From: an uncultured Alphaproteobacteria bacterium | Lineage (GTDB): Bacteria > Pseudomonadota > Alphaproteobacteria > Rhizobiales > Beijerinckiaceae | DNA: 64,000 nt | Direction: 5' to 3' | NCBI GenBank assembly: GCA_963800985.1 | Contig: CAWDDI010000034.1 | Location: forward strand, 70,165 to 134,164 | Shown here: positions 19,437 to 29,662 of the stretch, piece by piece | How the letters are laid out: each line of letters begins with the position of its first letter | Numbering within the stretch: the stretch's first letter is position 1 | The notes under the pieces: generated by a model | Told to the model about the DNA's origin: nothing | Databases searched by the model: none | What the model saw: the letters and a program-made list of their open reading frames with translations, nothing else | Program-made: the position numbers and the translations under genes

Positions 19437-19617
19437 AGGTCATGCGGACTTCGAGCATCTCGTCGAACCCGATCGGCTCGAAACCGCGACGGCCGTGGGA
19501 CGGCCGCGTCCGAATGCGTTTCCTGAAAGAACATCGGACCTCCAAATCCTGAGTCACGCAAGCTCTCCTTCTGGCGTCATTCGGATGATCTAAGTTCCAT
19601 GTCGAGGTGGCGAGCCC

Positions 19618-20448
19618 ATGAGGCACTTCCCCCCGCAGCGAATCGTTTGTCTCACCGAGGAGACGGTCGAAACCCTCTACCTCATGGGGGAGGAGCAGCG
19701 CATCGTCGGGGTTTCCGGCTATGCGGTGCGGCCCGCCCGGGTCAGGAAGGAGAAGCCTCGCGTATCGGCCTTTATCTCGGCCGACGTCCCGAAAATCCTG
19801 GCGCTCACGCCGGACATCGTCCTTACCTTCTCGGACCTGCAGGCCGATATCGTGCGCGACCTCGTGCAGGCGGGCGTTGCCGTTCACGCCTTCAATCACC
19901 GCGACATCGCCGGCATCTTGGCGATGATCCGGACGCTGGGTGCTTTGGTGGGCCGCTCGGAGCGCGCGGAGACGCTCGCGGCAGATCTCCAACGGGGGCT
20001 CGACGAGGCAGCGCAGGCTGCCCGATTTCAACCGCGACGTCCGCGCGTCTACTTCGAGGAGTGGGACAAGCCGATGATCACCGGCATCCGCTGGGTCTCG
20101 GAACTCGTCGAGATTGCCGGCGGGACGGACGTCTTTGCGGATCGCTCCCGCGCACCCGACGCGCGGGGCCGGTTCGTGGCGCCCGAGGAGGTGATCGCCG
20201 CACGGCCCGACGTGATCGTCGGCTCCTGGTGCGGCAAGCGCTTCGTGCCGGGGCAGGTGGCAGGCCGCCCGGGTTTCGATGCCGTGCCCGCGGTCCGCAC
20301 CGGTGCGCTCCACGAGATCAAGAGTTCCGTGATCCTGCAGCCGGGACCGGCGGCATTGACGGATGGGCTCGCGGCGTTGCGCCGGATCATCGACGCGGCC
20401 CTGCGGGGTGGGCCCCTGCCGCACGAGAAGCTGTCGCGTGAATCGTGA
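19618..20448 (+). CDS. Cobalamin/siderophore-type periplasmic-binding-protein fold (BtuF-like) protein without an obvious signal peptide
   Basis: 'RIVCLTEETVETLYLMGEEQRIVGVSGY...LALTPDIVLTFSD...RPDVIVGSWCGK'. SD 'gaggtgg' upstream. Confidence 0.7.
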   Translation: MRHFPPQRIVCLTEETVETLYLMGEEQRIVGVSGYAVRPARVRKEKPRVSAFISADVPKILALTPDIVLTFSDLQADIVRDLVQAGVAVHAFNHRDIAGILAMIRTLGALVGRSERAETLAADLQRGLDEAAQAARFQPRRPRVYFEEWDKPMITGIRWVSELVEIAGGTDVFADRSRAPDARGRFVAPEEVIAARPDVIVGSWCGKRFVPGQVAGRPGFDAVPAVRTGALHEIKSSVILQPGPAALTDGLAALRRIIDAALRGGPLPHEKLSRES

Positions 20449-20620
20449 ACGTCCCGCTGCCGCTCGGATCGGTTGCCGAACGGACCGCTGGAGCTTTACG
20501 CGATGGACTCGATGAAGTCCCGCATGGATCGCTGCTGCGCCCCATCCTTGAAGCGCGAGCCCTTGCGATTGCCCGACCGCAGATCCGACTTTCCCGGACG
20601 AGCTTCGAAGTGGTCGACGC

Positions 20621-20655
20621 AAAAGAGCCCCGCCCGGCGATGGCCGGGCGGGCTG
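20621..20655 (-). terminator. Intrinsic terminator of the phasin gene
   Basis: The minus strand reads 'AGCCCGCCCGGC catc GCCGGGCGGGGCT' (12 bp, one bulge) followed by 'CTTTTGCG'. It lies about 30 nt after the phasin stop. Confidence 0.75.
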
Positions 20656-20684
20656 CGTGGACTGTTACGCACTCGTCCGCGGCG

Positions 20685-21161
20685 TCAGGCCGTTCGCGGG
20701 CGGCTCTTGTTCACCGTCTGCCCGGCGACGCGCTGACTTGCCTCGTCGGCCACTCGGGTGGACACCTCGCCCATGCGGCGGATACCGTCGATCGTCTGCT
20801 GGACGTTGTCGCGTACGAACTCGCTCTGAAGCGAGAAGAACTCCGGCATCGATCGACAGCGGGAGAATGCCCCGAACGCATCCATGTTCCGGCGGATGTT
20901 CTCCTGCACGAGCCCCAGCCACTCCCGCGAGAAATGCTCCAACCCGCGGGTCAGCGCGGTGCCGGCCTCGGTCGCGGCTTCGAGGTTTTGGGCGGACTGG
21001 CGAGTCAGCTCCTCGCCGCGCGCGGTGGAAAAGTTGAAGATCTGGCTCACCTGCTCGGTGAACCGCTGGGTGCCTTCTGCTGCAGCAGTGAAGCTTTCAC
21101 GGCCGGCATCAACTGCTCTTGAGACCTGATCGCTCGCATTCGCGTTACGGTTCGTAGCCAT
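20685..21161 (-). CDS. Phasin-family protein
   Basis: 'ESFTAAAEGTQRFTEQVSQIFNFSTARGEELTRQSAQNLEAATEAGTALTRGLEHFSREWLGLVQENIRRNMDAFGAF' has a typical alphaproteobacterial phasin layout. Start at ATG 21161 with 'gaagga' SD. Confidence 0.8.
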   Translation of the reverse strand: MATNRNANASDQVSRAVDAGRESFTAAAEGTQRFTEQVSQIFNFSTARGEELTRQSAQNLEAATEAGTALTRGLEHFSREWLGLVQENIRRNMDAFGAFSRCRSMPEFFSLQSEFVRDNVQQTIDGIRRMGEVSTRVADEASQRVAGQTVNKSRPRTA

Positions 21162-21523
21162 TTCCGGTCCTTCTGGTTTGAACAAAGCTTTGCGGGCCTC
21201 GACCTGGTCGGGTCCGGTTACGCACTACCGAAATGTACTTGGACTGCGCAAACTCAGCGCCCCGCCCACCTAGTGACGAGCCGCCTGCTTTTCAAGGTCC
21301 CGGCGAGCGCAAGCCAAACGGGGCGGCGATCGGTGGAAATGCGGGTGGAAACGGCAGGCTTGAGGTCGCGCGAGAGTTGAAAGCGGAACCGGCCGCCATC
21401 TCGGCCCGGCTTCCCGGCTGGGCCTTTCGCGATGTGGATCCGCTGCGGATACGGTTGACTCGTTCGTGATCGAATGCGCTGATCGCATCCCGATGATGCC
21501 TCGCGGCCACGAGTTGTTGCGCG

Positions 21524-21709
21524 ATGAGAACAATCGTCTTCCTCCTCCTCGTAGCCGTTGTCGCCCTCGGAGTCGACGCGGTGCTCTACAATGGCGCCAA
21601 CAGCCAAGCGGTCTGGCGAACGCTCTCCCAGTACACGCTGGAGCTCCGCGGCCCAACGAACCAACCCGGTCCCGAAGCGCCTGCGGAGAACCGCCCTAAC
21701 CCGGGCTAG
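21524..21709 (+). CDS. Small membrane protein, hypothetical (61 aa)
   Basis: N-terminal TM helix 'MRTIVFLLLVAVVALGVDAVLY'. No recognisable family. Confidence 0.4.
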   Translation: MRTIVFLLLVAVVALGVDAVLYNGANSQAVWRTLSQYTLELRGPTNQPGPEAPAENRPNPG

Positions 21710-21920
21710 GCACGGGGCCGCGATCCGACGCGGTCCGGACGCTCGAGCTTGGCCGGCCCGATAGACAGGCGCGGGTACGCGTGCCGAGCCGGATCGAGAC
21801 GATTTCCTCGATCCCTGCCGTACAGGCGCGCCTCAGGTTGCACGGGGGACCTGCTGGGTGCCGGCTGTTCCAGCTTTCGGTGATATATCGCTCCCCCTTC
21901 GTGGGGAGGGCATCAAGGTG

Positions 21921-22910
21921 TCAACGTCCGCACGCCGCCATCGCGGCCCGGACATGCTCGATGGTTTGGACCACCTTCAGGGCTTCGGATCCATCGGTAC
22001 GGGGCGTCGTTCCGGATTCGATGCAGTCAAGGAAGTGCTGCAGTTCCGCTTTGAGCGGTTCGGCCGGCTCGAGAGCGATCGGTTCGGCGACGCCTCGGAC
22101 CGCCTCGGGTTGCCCCGCCCGCCAATCGACGGTGTGGCGATGCAGGACCAGCTTCCTCTCCCACGGCTCGACATCGTCGAAGACGACCATGCCGTCGGTC
22201 CCGACGACGATCAGGCGCTGTTCCTTGACGGGGTGGTACCACGAGAGAGCCAGATGGGCGGCAACGCCGCCTGGAAACTCCAGATGCGCGTGCAGCGTAT
22301 CGGCGACATCGGCTCGCAGGTGATATCCCGCGGCGGCCGAGACCACCCGCGGCTCGCCCTCGGCCAACGCACGGAGCATGGACACGTCGTGCGGGGCGAG
22401 GCTCCAGACCACGTCCTCGTCGTTCCCCCGGATGCGTCCGAGGTTCATCCGGCTTGCCTGGAGCGAGAGGAGCCGGCCCAGCCGTCCCGACCGCACCAGC
22501 TCCCGAACCTTGAGAAAGGCCGGGTGGTACTGGAGGATGTGGCCGACCATCAGACGGCGGTCGACCTCTGCCGCGAGCGCGCAGAGCGCGCGGACCTCCT
22601 CGGACGCGAGGGCGATCGCCTTTTCGACATAGACGTGCTTGCCGGCCCTCAGCGCCTGTGCCGCCAACACCGGGTGATGCAGGGGCGGCGTGGCAATCAC
22701 CAGGGCCTGTATTCCAGGATCGGCAAGGGCCTCCTCGACGCTCACGACGGGGACGCCGTACGACCGCGCGACCGCGTCGGCATTGCGTCTGTTGACGAGA
22801 CCGGCAAGAGCCCCGAGTTCGGCAAGGTTGCGGATGAGGTTGCGGCCCCAAGGTCCGCAGCCGACCGCAACGACTCGCGGCTCACGGCGGGTATGTTCCT
22901 TCGGATCCAT
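21921..22910 (-). CDS. Gfo/Idh/MocA-family NAD(P)-dependent oxidoreductase (paralogue of 23404..24471)
   Basis: Rossmann start 'RVVAVGCGPWGRNLIRNL' and the 'GKHVYVEKAIA' motif. Collinear and clearly similar to the divergent neighbour. Confidence 0.9.
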   Translation of the reverse strand: MDPKEHTRREPRVVAVGCGPWGRNLIRNLAELGALAGLVNRRNADAVARSYGVPVVSVEEALADPGIQALVIATPPLHHPVLAAQALRAGKHVYVEKAIALASEEVRALCALAAEVDRRLMVGHILQYHPAFLKVRELVRSGRLGRLLSLQASRMNLGRIRGNDEDVVWSLAPHDVSMLRALAEGEPRVVSAAAGYHLRADVADTLHAHLEFPGGVAAHLALSWYHPVKEQRLIVVGTDGMVVFDDVEPWERKLVLHRHTVDWRAGQPEAVRGVAEPIALEPAEPLKAELQHFLDCIESGTTPRTDGSEALKVVQTIEHVRAAMAACGR

Positions 22911-23403
22911 CTGGCAGCCTCCCGCTCAAGAACCGTCGGTCGTGGCAACAGGGTGTCGCCGAGCCGTTCTGCCCGACCGCGCCTGCTCTTGCCAAGGAGC
23001 CTCTCGGTCGGGACACGTCCGTCGTCCTGCAGCGTTGTTCCACCTCCGACCCGCCGCCGTATCGGTCGGTCCGGATACGACGATGAGTGAACGACTCCGG
23101 AGGCGGCGCACCAAAGGAAGCTTGTCCCATCCGGCCCACCCGCTCCGCCAGCCAGGGTTGGCGCGTCCTCGTGAATCCGTGACTGGCGAGCGAACGGGAA
23201 GGTCGGGTGAGCCCGGACGACCGAGGTCCGCCCCCCCTTGCGCCGCGGGCAGAGTTTCATCTACGAGACGATGGACGCCCAAGAACGGCCAGAGCATAAC
23301 CCTGCGCTGAATCGCGCGGCCCGGAAGGCGGACCGAACTGGACGAGCACCCTTCCGCTCTCCCGATCGAGAGATTATAGCGCCTTGGCGGGAGCGGGAGC
23401 GAC

Positions 23404-24471
23404 ATGACACACCTTCAACGTTCGAGAGACATCGCCGTTCGCAGCGTACGGGTGGCCGTAGTCGGATGCGGCTACTGGGGCAAGAACCTCGTCCGTAATT
23501 TCGCGGAGCTTGGCGCCCTCGAGGCTCTGGTCGACGTGCACCAGCCGAACGTGGACGCGCTGATCGCAAGGCACGGCGGTCGGTCCTGCAGTTTCGAGGC
23601 GGCGCTCGCGGATCCGGGAATCGAAGCGGTCGTGATCGCGACTCCGGCCGCGCTGCACCACTCCCTCGCCAAACAGGCGCTGCAGGCCGGGAAGCATATC
23701 TTCGTCGAGAAGCCTCTGGCGCTCGAGCTCTCGGAAGCCAACGAACTTTGCGCGCTCGCGGAACGCCTCGACCGCAGGCTCATGGTGGGCCACCTGCTCC
23801 AATATCACCCCGTCTTCCTGGAATTGAAGAGGCTGGTGAGCGACGGGCACCTCGGCCGCCTCCAATATGTCTATTCGAACCGGTTGAATCTCGGGAAGGT
23901 TCGCCGCGAAGAGGACATCCTGTGGTCGTTCGCGCCCCACGATCTGTCCATGATCCTGTCGATCGTCGGGAGCGAGCCCGAGAAAGTGGAGGCGGTGGGC
24001 GGCTACTACCTCGACGAGTCGATCGCCGACGTCACCACGACCCACCTCGCCTTCCCGGGCGGCGAGCGCGCGCACGTCTTCGTCTCGTGGCTGCACCCTT
24101 TCAAGGAGCAGAAGCTCGTCGTCGTCGGCTCCGACGCGATGGCGGTCTTCGACGACGGCGAAGCATGGGACCGCAAGCTCCTCCTCTACCCGCACACGGT
24201 CGAGTGGAAGGACAGCATTCCGGTGCCCACCAAGGCCGATGCCGTGCCGATTTCGGTTCCTCAGGAGGAGCCGCTGAGGCAGGAGTGTCGGCACTTTCTC
24301 GATTGCGTGCGGACAGGCGAGACTCCGCGTACCGACGGACACGAGGGGCTTCGCGTGCTCTCGGTGCTCGCGCGCGCGTCCGAGTCGCTTCGGGCATCCG
24401 GCGGGGCGCCGGCCGCCGCCGCGCAGGGGGCCGCCGCGAAGCGGCCGCCGCTCAGGATCCTGCGGGCGTGA
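23404..24471 (+). CDS. Gfo/Idh/MocA-family oxidoreductase, UDP-sugar 3-dehydrogenase-like (GnnA/WbpB-like)
   Basis: 'RVAVVGCGYWGKNLVRNF' and 'GKHIFVEKPLA'. A DegT aminotransferase follows on the same strand. Confidence 0.85.
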   Translation: MTHLQRSRDIAVRSVRVAVVGCGYWGKNLVRNFAELGALEALVDVHQPNVDALIARHGGRSCSFEAALADPGIEAVVIATPAALHHSLAKQALQAGKHIFVEKPLALELSEANELCALAERLDRRLMVGHLLQYHPVFLELKRLVSDGHLGRLQYVYSNRLNLGKVRREEDILWSFAPHDLSMILSIVGSEPEKVEAVGGYYLDESIADVTTTHLAFPGGERAHVFVSWLHPFKEQKLVVVGSDAMAVFDDGEAWDRKLLLYPHTVEWKDSIPVPTKADAVPISVPQEEPLRQECRHFLDCVRTGETPRTDGHEGLRVLSVLARASESLRASGGAPAAAAQGAAAKRPPLRILRA

Positions 24472-24673
24472 CGTTTCAATGGTCGATGTGGACGCGATCG
24501 AGCCCGCCTTCGGCGCCGCCGGCGTGCTGGTTGCCAGGGACGCCGAGCCTAACATCCCCAGGGGCCCAGGTCGCGAGGGTGGATCGGCTGCATGCGACCA
24601 TGCGGGCATCACGCTCCGGCGGTTCTCGTGTGCTTCGCGGCCGGACGTTCCCAGACCGGATTGAGGAGATCGC

Positions 24674-25834
24674 GTGATCCCGGACCCGATGCCATTCATC
24701 GACCTTGCGGCCCAACGGCGACGGCTGGGAACCGCCATCGACGAGGCGGTGCTGCGGGTCGTCAATCATGGCGGCTACATCATGGGCCCGGAGGTGGGAA
24801 GGCTCGAGTCCGAACTGTCGGCCTTCTGCGGCGCCAAGCACGTCTTGTCCTGCTCGAGCGGCACGGATGCGCTTGCGATGGTCCTGATGGCCAAAGGCGT
24901 GAAACCCGGCAACGCGATCCTCTGCCCCTCCTTCACCTTTGCGGCGACCGCGGAGGTGGTCGCGTGGACCGGCGCCACGCCGATCTTCGTGGACGTCCGC
25001 GAGGACACCTTCAATGTCGATGTGTCCAGCCTCGAAGCCGGTCTCAGAACCGCCCGGGACCTACGCCTCGACGCGGTGGGCGTGATTCCGGTCGATCTTT
25101 TCGGTCAGCCGGCGGACTATGACGCCATCGAGGCGTTCTGCGCTCGTGAAGGGCTATGGATGCTGAGCGATGCGGCCCAGAGCTTCGGCGCCTCGTACAA
25201 AGGCCGGAAGGTCGGCGTGATCGGTCTTGCCACGGCGACGAGCTTCTTCCCCGCCAAACCTCTCGGCTGCTACGGCGATGGGGGTGCTGTTTTCACCGAC
25301 GACGACGATCTTGCCGCCGTCATGCGTTCGATCCGGATCCATGGCCAGGGATCCGATAAGTACGACAACGTCCGGATCGGCATGAACGGTCGCCTGGACA
25401 CGATGCAGGCTGCGATTCTCCTCGAGAAGCTCAAGATCTTCGGCGACGAGCTCGTGGCCCGGGAGCGGGTGGCGAAGCGCTACAATGCGCTCCTTCGGGA
25501 CGTCGCCCAGGTGCCGGAAGTCCCGGAAGGCCTGACCTCGGCCTGGGCGCAGTACACGCTGCGCGTCGCGGGCTTCGATCAGCGCGAGCGGTTCGTGGCC
25601 GACCTCAGAGCCGTCGGCATTCCGACCGCGCTCTACTATCCCAAGCCCCTGCACAAGCAATCCGCCTACAGGAGCTACCCCGTGGCCGGCAACGGCCTCC
25701 CGGTCGCCGAGCGGCTCAGCGCCGAGGTCGTGAGCCTGCCCATGCATCCCTACCTCACGGAGGACGTGCAGGACCGGGTCGTGGCGGCCGTGAAGGACAC
25801 GCTCTTGACCCGGCGCATGGTAGCGGCTGGGTGA
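24674..25834 (+). CDS. DegT/DnrJ/EryC1/StrS-family PLP aminotransferase (GnnB/WbpE-like)
   Basis: 'MPFIDLAAQ...', 'SCSSGTDALAMVL', 'SFFPAKPLGCYGDGGAVFT' and 'DTMQAAILLEKL'. The GTG 24674 start has 'gaggag' 5-6 nt upstream. ATG 24689 is the alternative. Confidence 0.9.
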   Translation: MIPDPMPFIDLAAQRRRLGTAIDEAVLRVVNHGGYIMGPEVGRLESELSAFCGAKHVLSCSSGTDALAMVLMAKGVKPGNAILCPSFTFAATAEVVAWTGATPIFVDVREDTFNVDVSSLEAGLRTARDLRLDAVGVIPVDLFGQPADYDAIEAFCAREGLWMLSDAAQSFGASYKGRKVGVIGLATATSFFPAKPLGCYGDGGAVFTDDDDLAAVMRSIRIHGQGSDKYDNVRIGMNGRLDTMQAAILLEKLKIFGDELVARERVAKRYNALLRDVAQVPEVPEGLTSAWAQYTLRVAGFDQRERFVADLRAVGIPTALYYPKPLHKQSAYRSYPVAGNGLPVAERLSAEVVSLPMHPYLTEDVQDRVVAAVKDTLLTRRMVAAG

Positions 25835-26036
25835 CGACCACCTGCCGCGAACATACCCTCGCAAGCGCGCCAGCCCGCGTGATCGCGCGCGTGCCCTCCG
25901 TTGCCGCGATGATATCGGCCGAGCGGTGGACCCTGGCGCAGTCGTGCGGTCAGGTGTTCCTATGCTCGCCGAGGCCCTGCCTCGCCCGCCCGCAGGGGGA
26001 GCGATGGGCGCCGGGGTCTTGAAGGAGGCTGCCGGT

Positions 26037-27104
26037 CTAGAGCTGCACGACCTTCCCCGTCCGCACCGCTCGGTCGGCCGCAAGAACGATGCCGAGGCTT
26101 CTCACCGCGTCGTCCATGTGCGTGGAAAGGTCGAGGTCCTCGTCGATCGCTTGCAGCAGGTAGCGCTGCTCGCGCTCGCACAGGTCGTCGTGGCCGGGCT
26201 CGTCGGCCGTGTCGATCCGCTCGTCGGCCTTGGCAAGCGAGCCGTCGGCCCCGAGCGCGCCGTGATGGAGCAGGATCTGGTTCGTCTTCGTATGCGCGTC
26301 GATGTCGGAGGACTTGAGGCCTGAACCGGCCGTTTCCGCCATCACGATGCTGACGCTGCCCTTCGGCCCGATCACATCCTTCACGAAATAGGCCTGCTCG
26401 CTCATCATCGGCCCCCAGCCCGCCTCGTACCAGCCGACCGAGCCGTCCTCGAAGGTCACGTGGAGGTGGCCGTAGTTGTACATGCCCTGGGGAATGTCGT
26501 CGGTCAGCCGTGCGCCGACGGCGTGGACGAGCACGGGCTTCGCGCGGGTGATCTGGCACATGACGTCCACGTAATGGACGCCGCAATCGACGATCGGCGA
26601 CAGGGACTGCAGGAGGCGCTTGTGCGCCTCCCAGGCCGCGCCGCTCGATTGCTGGTTGAGGTTCATGCGGAAGACGAGCGGTGTGCCGAGCGTCCGCGCG
26701 AGCGCGATGAAGCGCGTCCAGGAGGGATGGTGGCGCAGGATGTAGCCGACCACGAGCTTCCGGTTCGTTCGGCGGGCCGTTTCGACGACGCGCTCCGCAT
26801 CGGCGAGCGTGTCGGCGAGGGGCTTCTCCACGAACACGTGCGCCCCCGCCTCCATGGCGCGGATCGCGTAGTCCGCATGGGTGTCGGACCAGGTGTTGAT
26901 CGAGACGACATCGGGCTTCAGCGCCGCCAGCGCCTCGTCATAGCGCGCGAAGGCTTGCGTGCCCTGAAGGGCCGGCGGGAGCTTTCGGTCGGCGATCCCT
27001 CGCTCGCACACGCCCACCACCTCGAAACCTTCGATACGCGTATAGGCGCGGGCATGAGACATGCCCATGTTGCCGAGCCCGACCACGAGCACCCTCTTCG
27101 TCAT
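26037..27104 (-). CDS. Gfo/Idh/MocA-family oxidoreductase (third in the window)
   Basis: 'RVLVVGLGNMGMSHARAY' and 'GAHVFVEKPLA'. The start overlaps the stop of the upstream kinase gene (ATGA). Confidence 0.88.
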   Translation of the reverse strand: MTKRVLVVGLGNMGMSHARAYTRIEGFEVVGVCERGIADRKLPPALQGTQAFARYDEALAALKPDVVSINTWSDTHADYAIRAMEAGAHVFVEKPLADTLADAERVVETARRTNRKLVVGYILRHHPSWTRFIALARTLGTPLVFRMNLNQQSSGAAWEAHKRLLQSLSPIVDCGVHYVDVMCQITRAKPVLVHAVGARLTDDIPQGMYNYGHLHVTFEDGSVGWYEAGWGPMMSEQAYFVKDVIGPKGSVSIVMAETAGSGLKSSDIDAHTKTNQILLHHGALGADGSLAKADERIDTADEPGHDDLCEREQRYLLQAIDEDLDLSTHMDDAVRSLGIVLAADRAVRTGKVVQL

Positions 27105-28060
27105 CTCGATCCGGCTCCCTCGATGGTGTCTGCGCTGAGTTCATTCGACTGCAGGCGGTCACCGTCGTAAAGCTTGGGTGACCGGAGACGTTCCGCCGCG
27201 CCGCCTGCGAGCATGATCGCGCCGTCGAGCGCATCGGCCATGGGGCTCGCGAGGAGGGCCAGGAGGCGCCCGTCGAGCCAGGGCTTCAGGGGCTCCGCAA
27301 GCCCGCCGAAGAGACAGAGCCGCGGCGCGCCGAGATCGACGAGGCGTTGAGCGATTCGCCCGATCGCCGTGCCGGCCCTCGAGACGAGATCGGTCGCGAG
27401 CGGATCGCCCGCCCGCGCATGTTCGAGGACGAGCGGCGCGAAATCCGCGTAATCGGCCGGGCGCGCCATGTTCGACCAATCGACGATCGACTCCGGGTCG
27501 CCGCCGAAGCGGTCGAGCACGGCGGCGGCAAGGGCCGTCATGGGCGCGCGCCCGTCCTGGGCCCAGATCGCCCGACGCAGGAGCTCGCGCCCCATCTCGG
27601 CCCCGCTGCCGTCGTCGGAGATCTGGAAGCCGCGCCCGCCGATATGGATCGGCCGGCCCTTCAGAAAGCCGTAACCCACGGAGCCCGTGCCGACGATGAC
27701 GACAGCCCCCTCGCGACCCCCGAACGCGCCGAGCCAGGCGATGTGCGCGTCCGTCTCGACCGCGACGCTGCCGAAGGGAGAGGCGTGGGCGAGAAGCGCC
27801 GCAACGGCTTGCGGCTGCGCGGCGCCCGCCAGCCCGAGGCCTGCCCGGCTGCGCCGAAGCGCGTCCTCGGGCAACCCCGCTGCTGCGAGCGCCGCGCGGC
27901 AAGCGGCGAGAATCGAGGCCCAGGCGAGATCGGGCCCGCGCCGGATATTGGCGGGGCCGCCGGTGCCCTCGCCGACGAGGCGGCCGTCCCGGTCGCGAAT
28001 GCGCGCACGGCATCGGGTGCCGCCGCCGTCGACCCCGATGAGGAGGGGCTCGGTCATCAT
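27101..28060 (-). CDS. BadF/BadG/BcrA/BcrD-type ATPase, N-acetylglucosamine-kinase-like
   Basis: 'LLIGVDGGGTRCRARI', 'VIVGTGSVGYG' and 'GRGFQISDDGSGAEMG'. Start set at the MMTEP methionines (28060/28057) rather than the ORF-track 28225. Confidence 0.82.
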   Translation of the reverse strand: MMTEPLLIGVDGGGTRCRARIRDRDGRLVGEGTGGPANIRRGPDLAWASILAACRAALAAAGLPEDALRRSRAGLGLAGAAQPQAVAALLAHASPFGSVAVETDAHIAWLGAFGGREGAVVIVGTGSVGYGFLKGRPIHIGGRGFQISDDGSGAEMGRELLRRAIWAQDGRAPMTALAAAVLDRFGGDPESIVDWSNMARPADYADFAPLVLEHARAGDPLATDLVSRAGTAIGRIAQRLVDLGAPRLCLFGGLAEPLKPWLDGRLLALLASPMADALDGAIMLAGGAAERLRSPKLYDGDRLQSNELSADTIEGAGSR

Positions 28061-28324
28061 CTCGTCGATCCATCGAGTCCTGTTCGGCGCGCACCATGCC
28101 AAGCCGAAGCGTCCACGTGAAGAGTGCAATCCCGCCGGTCGGAGCGCCGGGACGGTGCTTGCCGACCCCCGCCTTCGGCGATACCGTAAATCACGATCGG
28201 CTTCGTGCGAGAGAACGAGAAGCAACGGATGCGCGGCTCAAAGCCTGTCGAGGGGGCGGAGGATAAACCCCGGACCATCTCAAGGGACCATGCCCCGGAA
28301 CGGCGCGGCGAAGGAGGAAGACGG

Positions 28325-29605
28325 ATGATGACTGCTCCCACTCGGATCTGGATGCGCAAGGCGGGCTCCCTGCTCGCCGGAGCGTCCCTCATGCTCGCCG
28401 CGCTGCAGGGCGCGGCCTCGGCCCAGACGCTCACGATCGAGAGCTGGCGCAACGACGACGCCGACGTCTGGAACGACAAGATCATCCCCGCCTTCAACAA
28501 GAGGCACCCCAACATCAAGGTGCAGTTCAAGGCCGACCCGCCGACCGAATACAACGCGGCGGTGAACGCCCGGCTCGCCGGCGGCACCGCGGGCGATTTC
28601 ATCACCTGCCGACCCTTCGACACCTCCCTCGACCTCTACAAAAGGGGCCTCCTTCTGTCGGTCAACGACGTGAAGGGCATGGAGAACTTCTCGAGCGTGG
28701 CGAAGAGCGCTTGGACGACGGATGACGGCAAGGACACGTTCTGCGTTCCGATGGCGTCGGTGATCCACGGTTTCATCTACAACAAGAAGATCTTCGACGA
28801 ACTGAAGCTGACGCCCCCGAAGACGACCGCCGAGTTCAAGGCGGTGCTCGACAAGATCAAGGCAGACGGCAAGTACACGCCCATCGCGATGGGCACCGCC
28901 GACCAGTGGGAAGCCGCGACCATGGGCTTCCAGAATATCGGCGTGAACTACTGGAAGGGCGAAGAAGGCCGCAAGGCGCTGATCGAAGGGAAGCAAAAGT
29001 TCACGGACGAGCCCTATGTGAAGGCTTTCGCGGAACTCGCGAGCTGGGCGCCGTACATGGGCCGCGGCTACCAGGCGCAGAAGTATCCGGACACGCAAAA
29101 TCTCTTTGCGCTCGGCCGGGCGGTCATCTATCCGGCGGGCTCTTGGGACATTCCGATCTTCCGCCAGCAGGCCGATTTCGAGTTCGACGCCTTCCCGCCC
29201 CCGGTGCCGGAGGGATCGTCGAAGTGCTACATCAGCGATCACACGGATATCGCGATCGGCATCAACGCCAAGTCGAAGAACGTCGAAGCCGCGAAGACCT
29301 TCCTGGCGTGGGTCGCCTCGCCGGAATTTGCGGAGATCTACGCCAACGAGCTGCCGGGCTTCTTCCCGCTCTCGAACGCGAAGGTGAACGTCAAGGATCC
29401 GGTCGCGGCGAAGTTCGCGAGCTGGCGCGGCACCTGCGAGAGCTCGATCCGAAACTCGTACCATATCCTCGGCCGGGGCACGCCGAACCTCGAAGACGAG
29501 CTGTGGAACGTGAGCGCGCAGGTGCTCAACGGCACCATGAAGCCCGAGGAGGCGGCGAAGAAAGTCCAGGACGGCCTCGCCTCCTGGTATCCGCCGCAGA
29601 AATAG
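28325..29605 (+). CDS. ABC transporter sugar-binding protein (CUT1 / family-1 SBP)
   Basis: Signal peptide 'MMTAPTRIWMRKAGSLLAGASLMLAALQGAASA'. Start ATG 28325 after 'gaaggagga'. Typical extracellular solute-binding layout. Confidence 0.88.
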   Translation: MMTAPTRIWMRKAGSLLAGASLMLAALQGAASAQTLTIESWRNDDADVWNDKIIPAFNKRHPNIKVQFKADPPTEYNAAVNARLAGGTAGDFITCRPFDTSLDLYKRGLLLSVNDVKGMENFSSVAKSAWTTDDGKDTFCVPMASVIHGFIYNKKIFDELKLTPPKTTAEFKAVLDKIKADGKYTPIAMGTADQWEAATMGFQNIGVNYWKGEEGRKALIEGKQKFTDEPYVKAFAELASWAPYMGRGYQAQKYPDTQNLFALGRAVIYPAGSWDIPIFRQQADFEFDAFPPPVPEGSSKCYISDHTDIAIGINAKSKNVEAAKTFLAWVASPEFAEIYANELPGFFPLSNAKVNVKDPVAAKFASWRGTCESSIRNSYHILGRGTPNLEDELWNVSAQVLNGTMKPEEAAKKVQDGLASWYPPQK

Positions 29606-29662
29606 CCCCGCCGGGGCGGCGGACGCCGCCGCCCTCGCTTCTCCCTAACCCAACGGAAGCCG

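Noticed and set aside
19437-19617. Cobalamin riboswitch upstream of the BtuF-like gene
   Set aside because: No B12-box-like sequence or the expected conserved core is visible in the 180-bp leader.
22911-23403. Structured RNA gene in the 490-bp spacer between the divergent dehydrogenase paralogues
   Set aside because: Only short local hairpins are present ('cccgaccg..cggtcggg' and 'cgtatc..gatacg'). I saw no resemblance to SRP, 6S, RNase P or tmRNA cores. The spacer is most simply two divergent promoter/leader regions.
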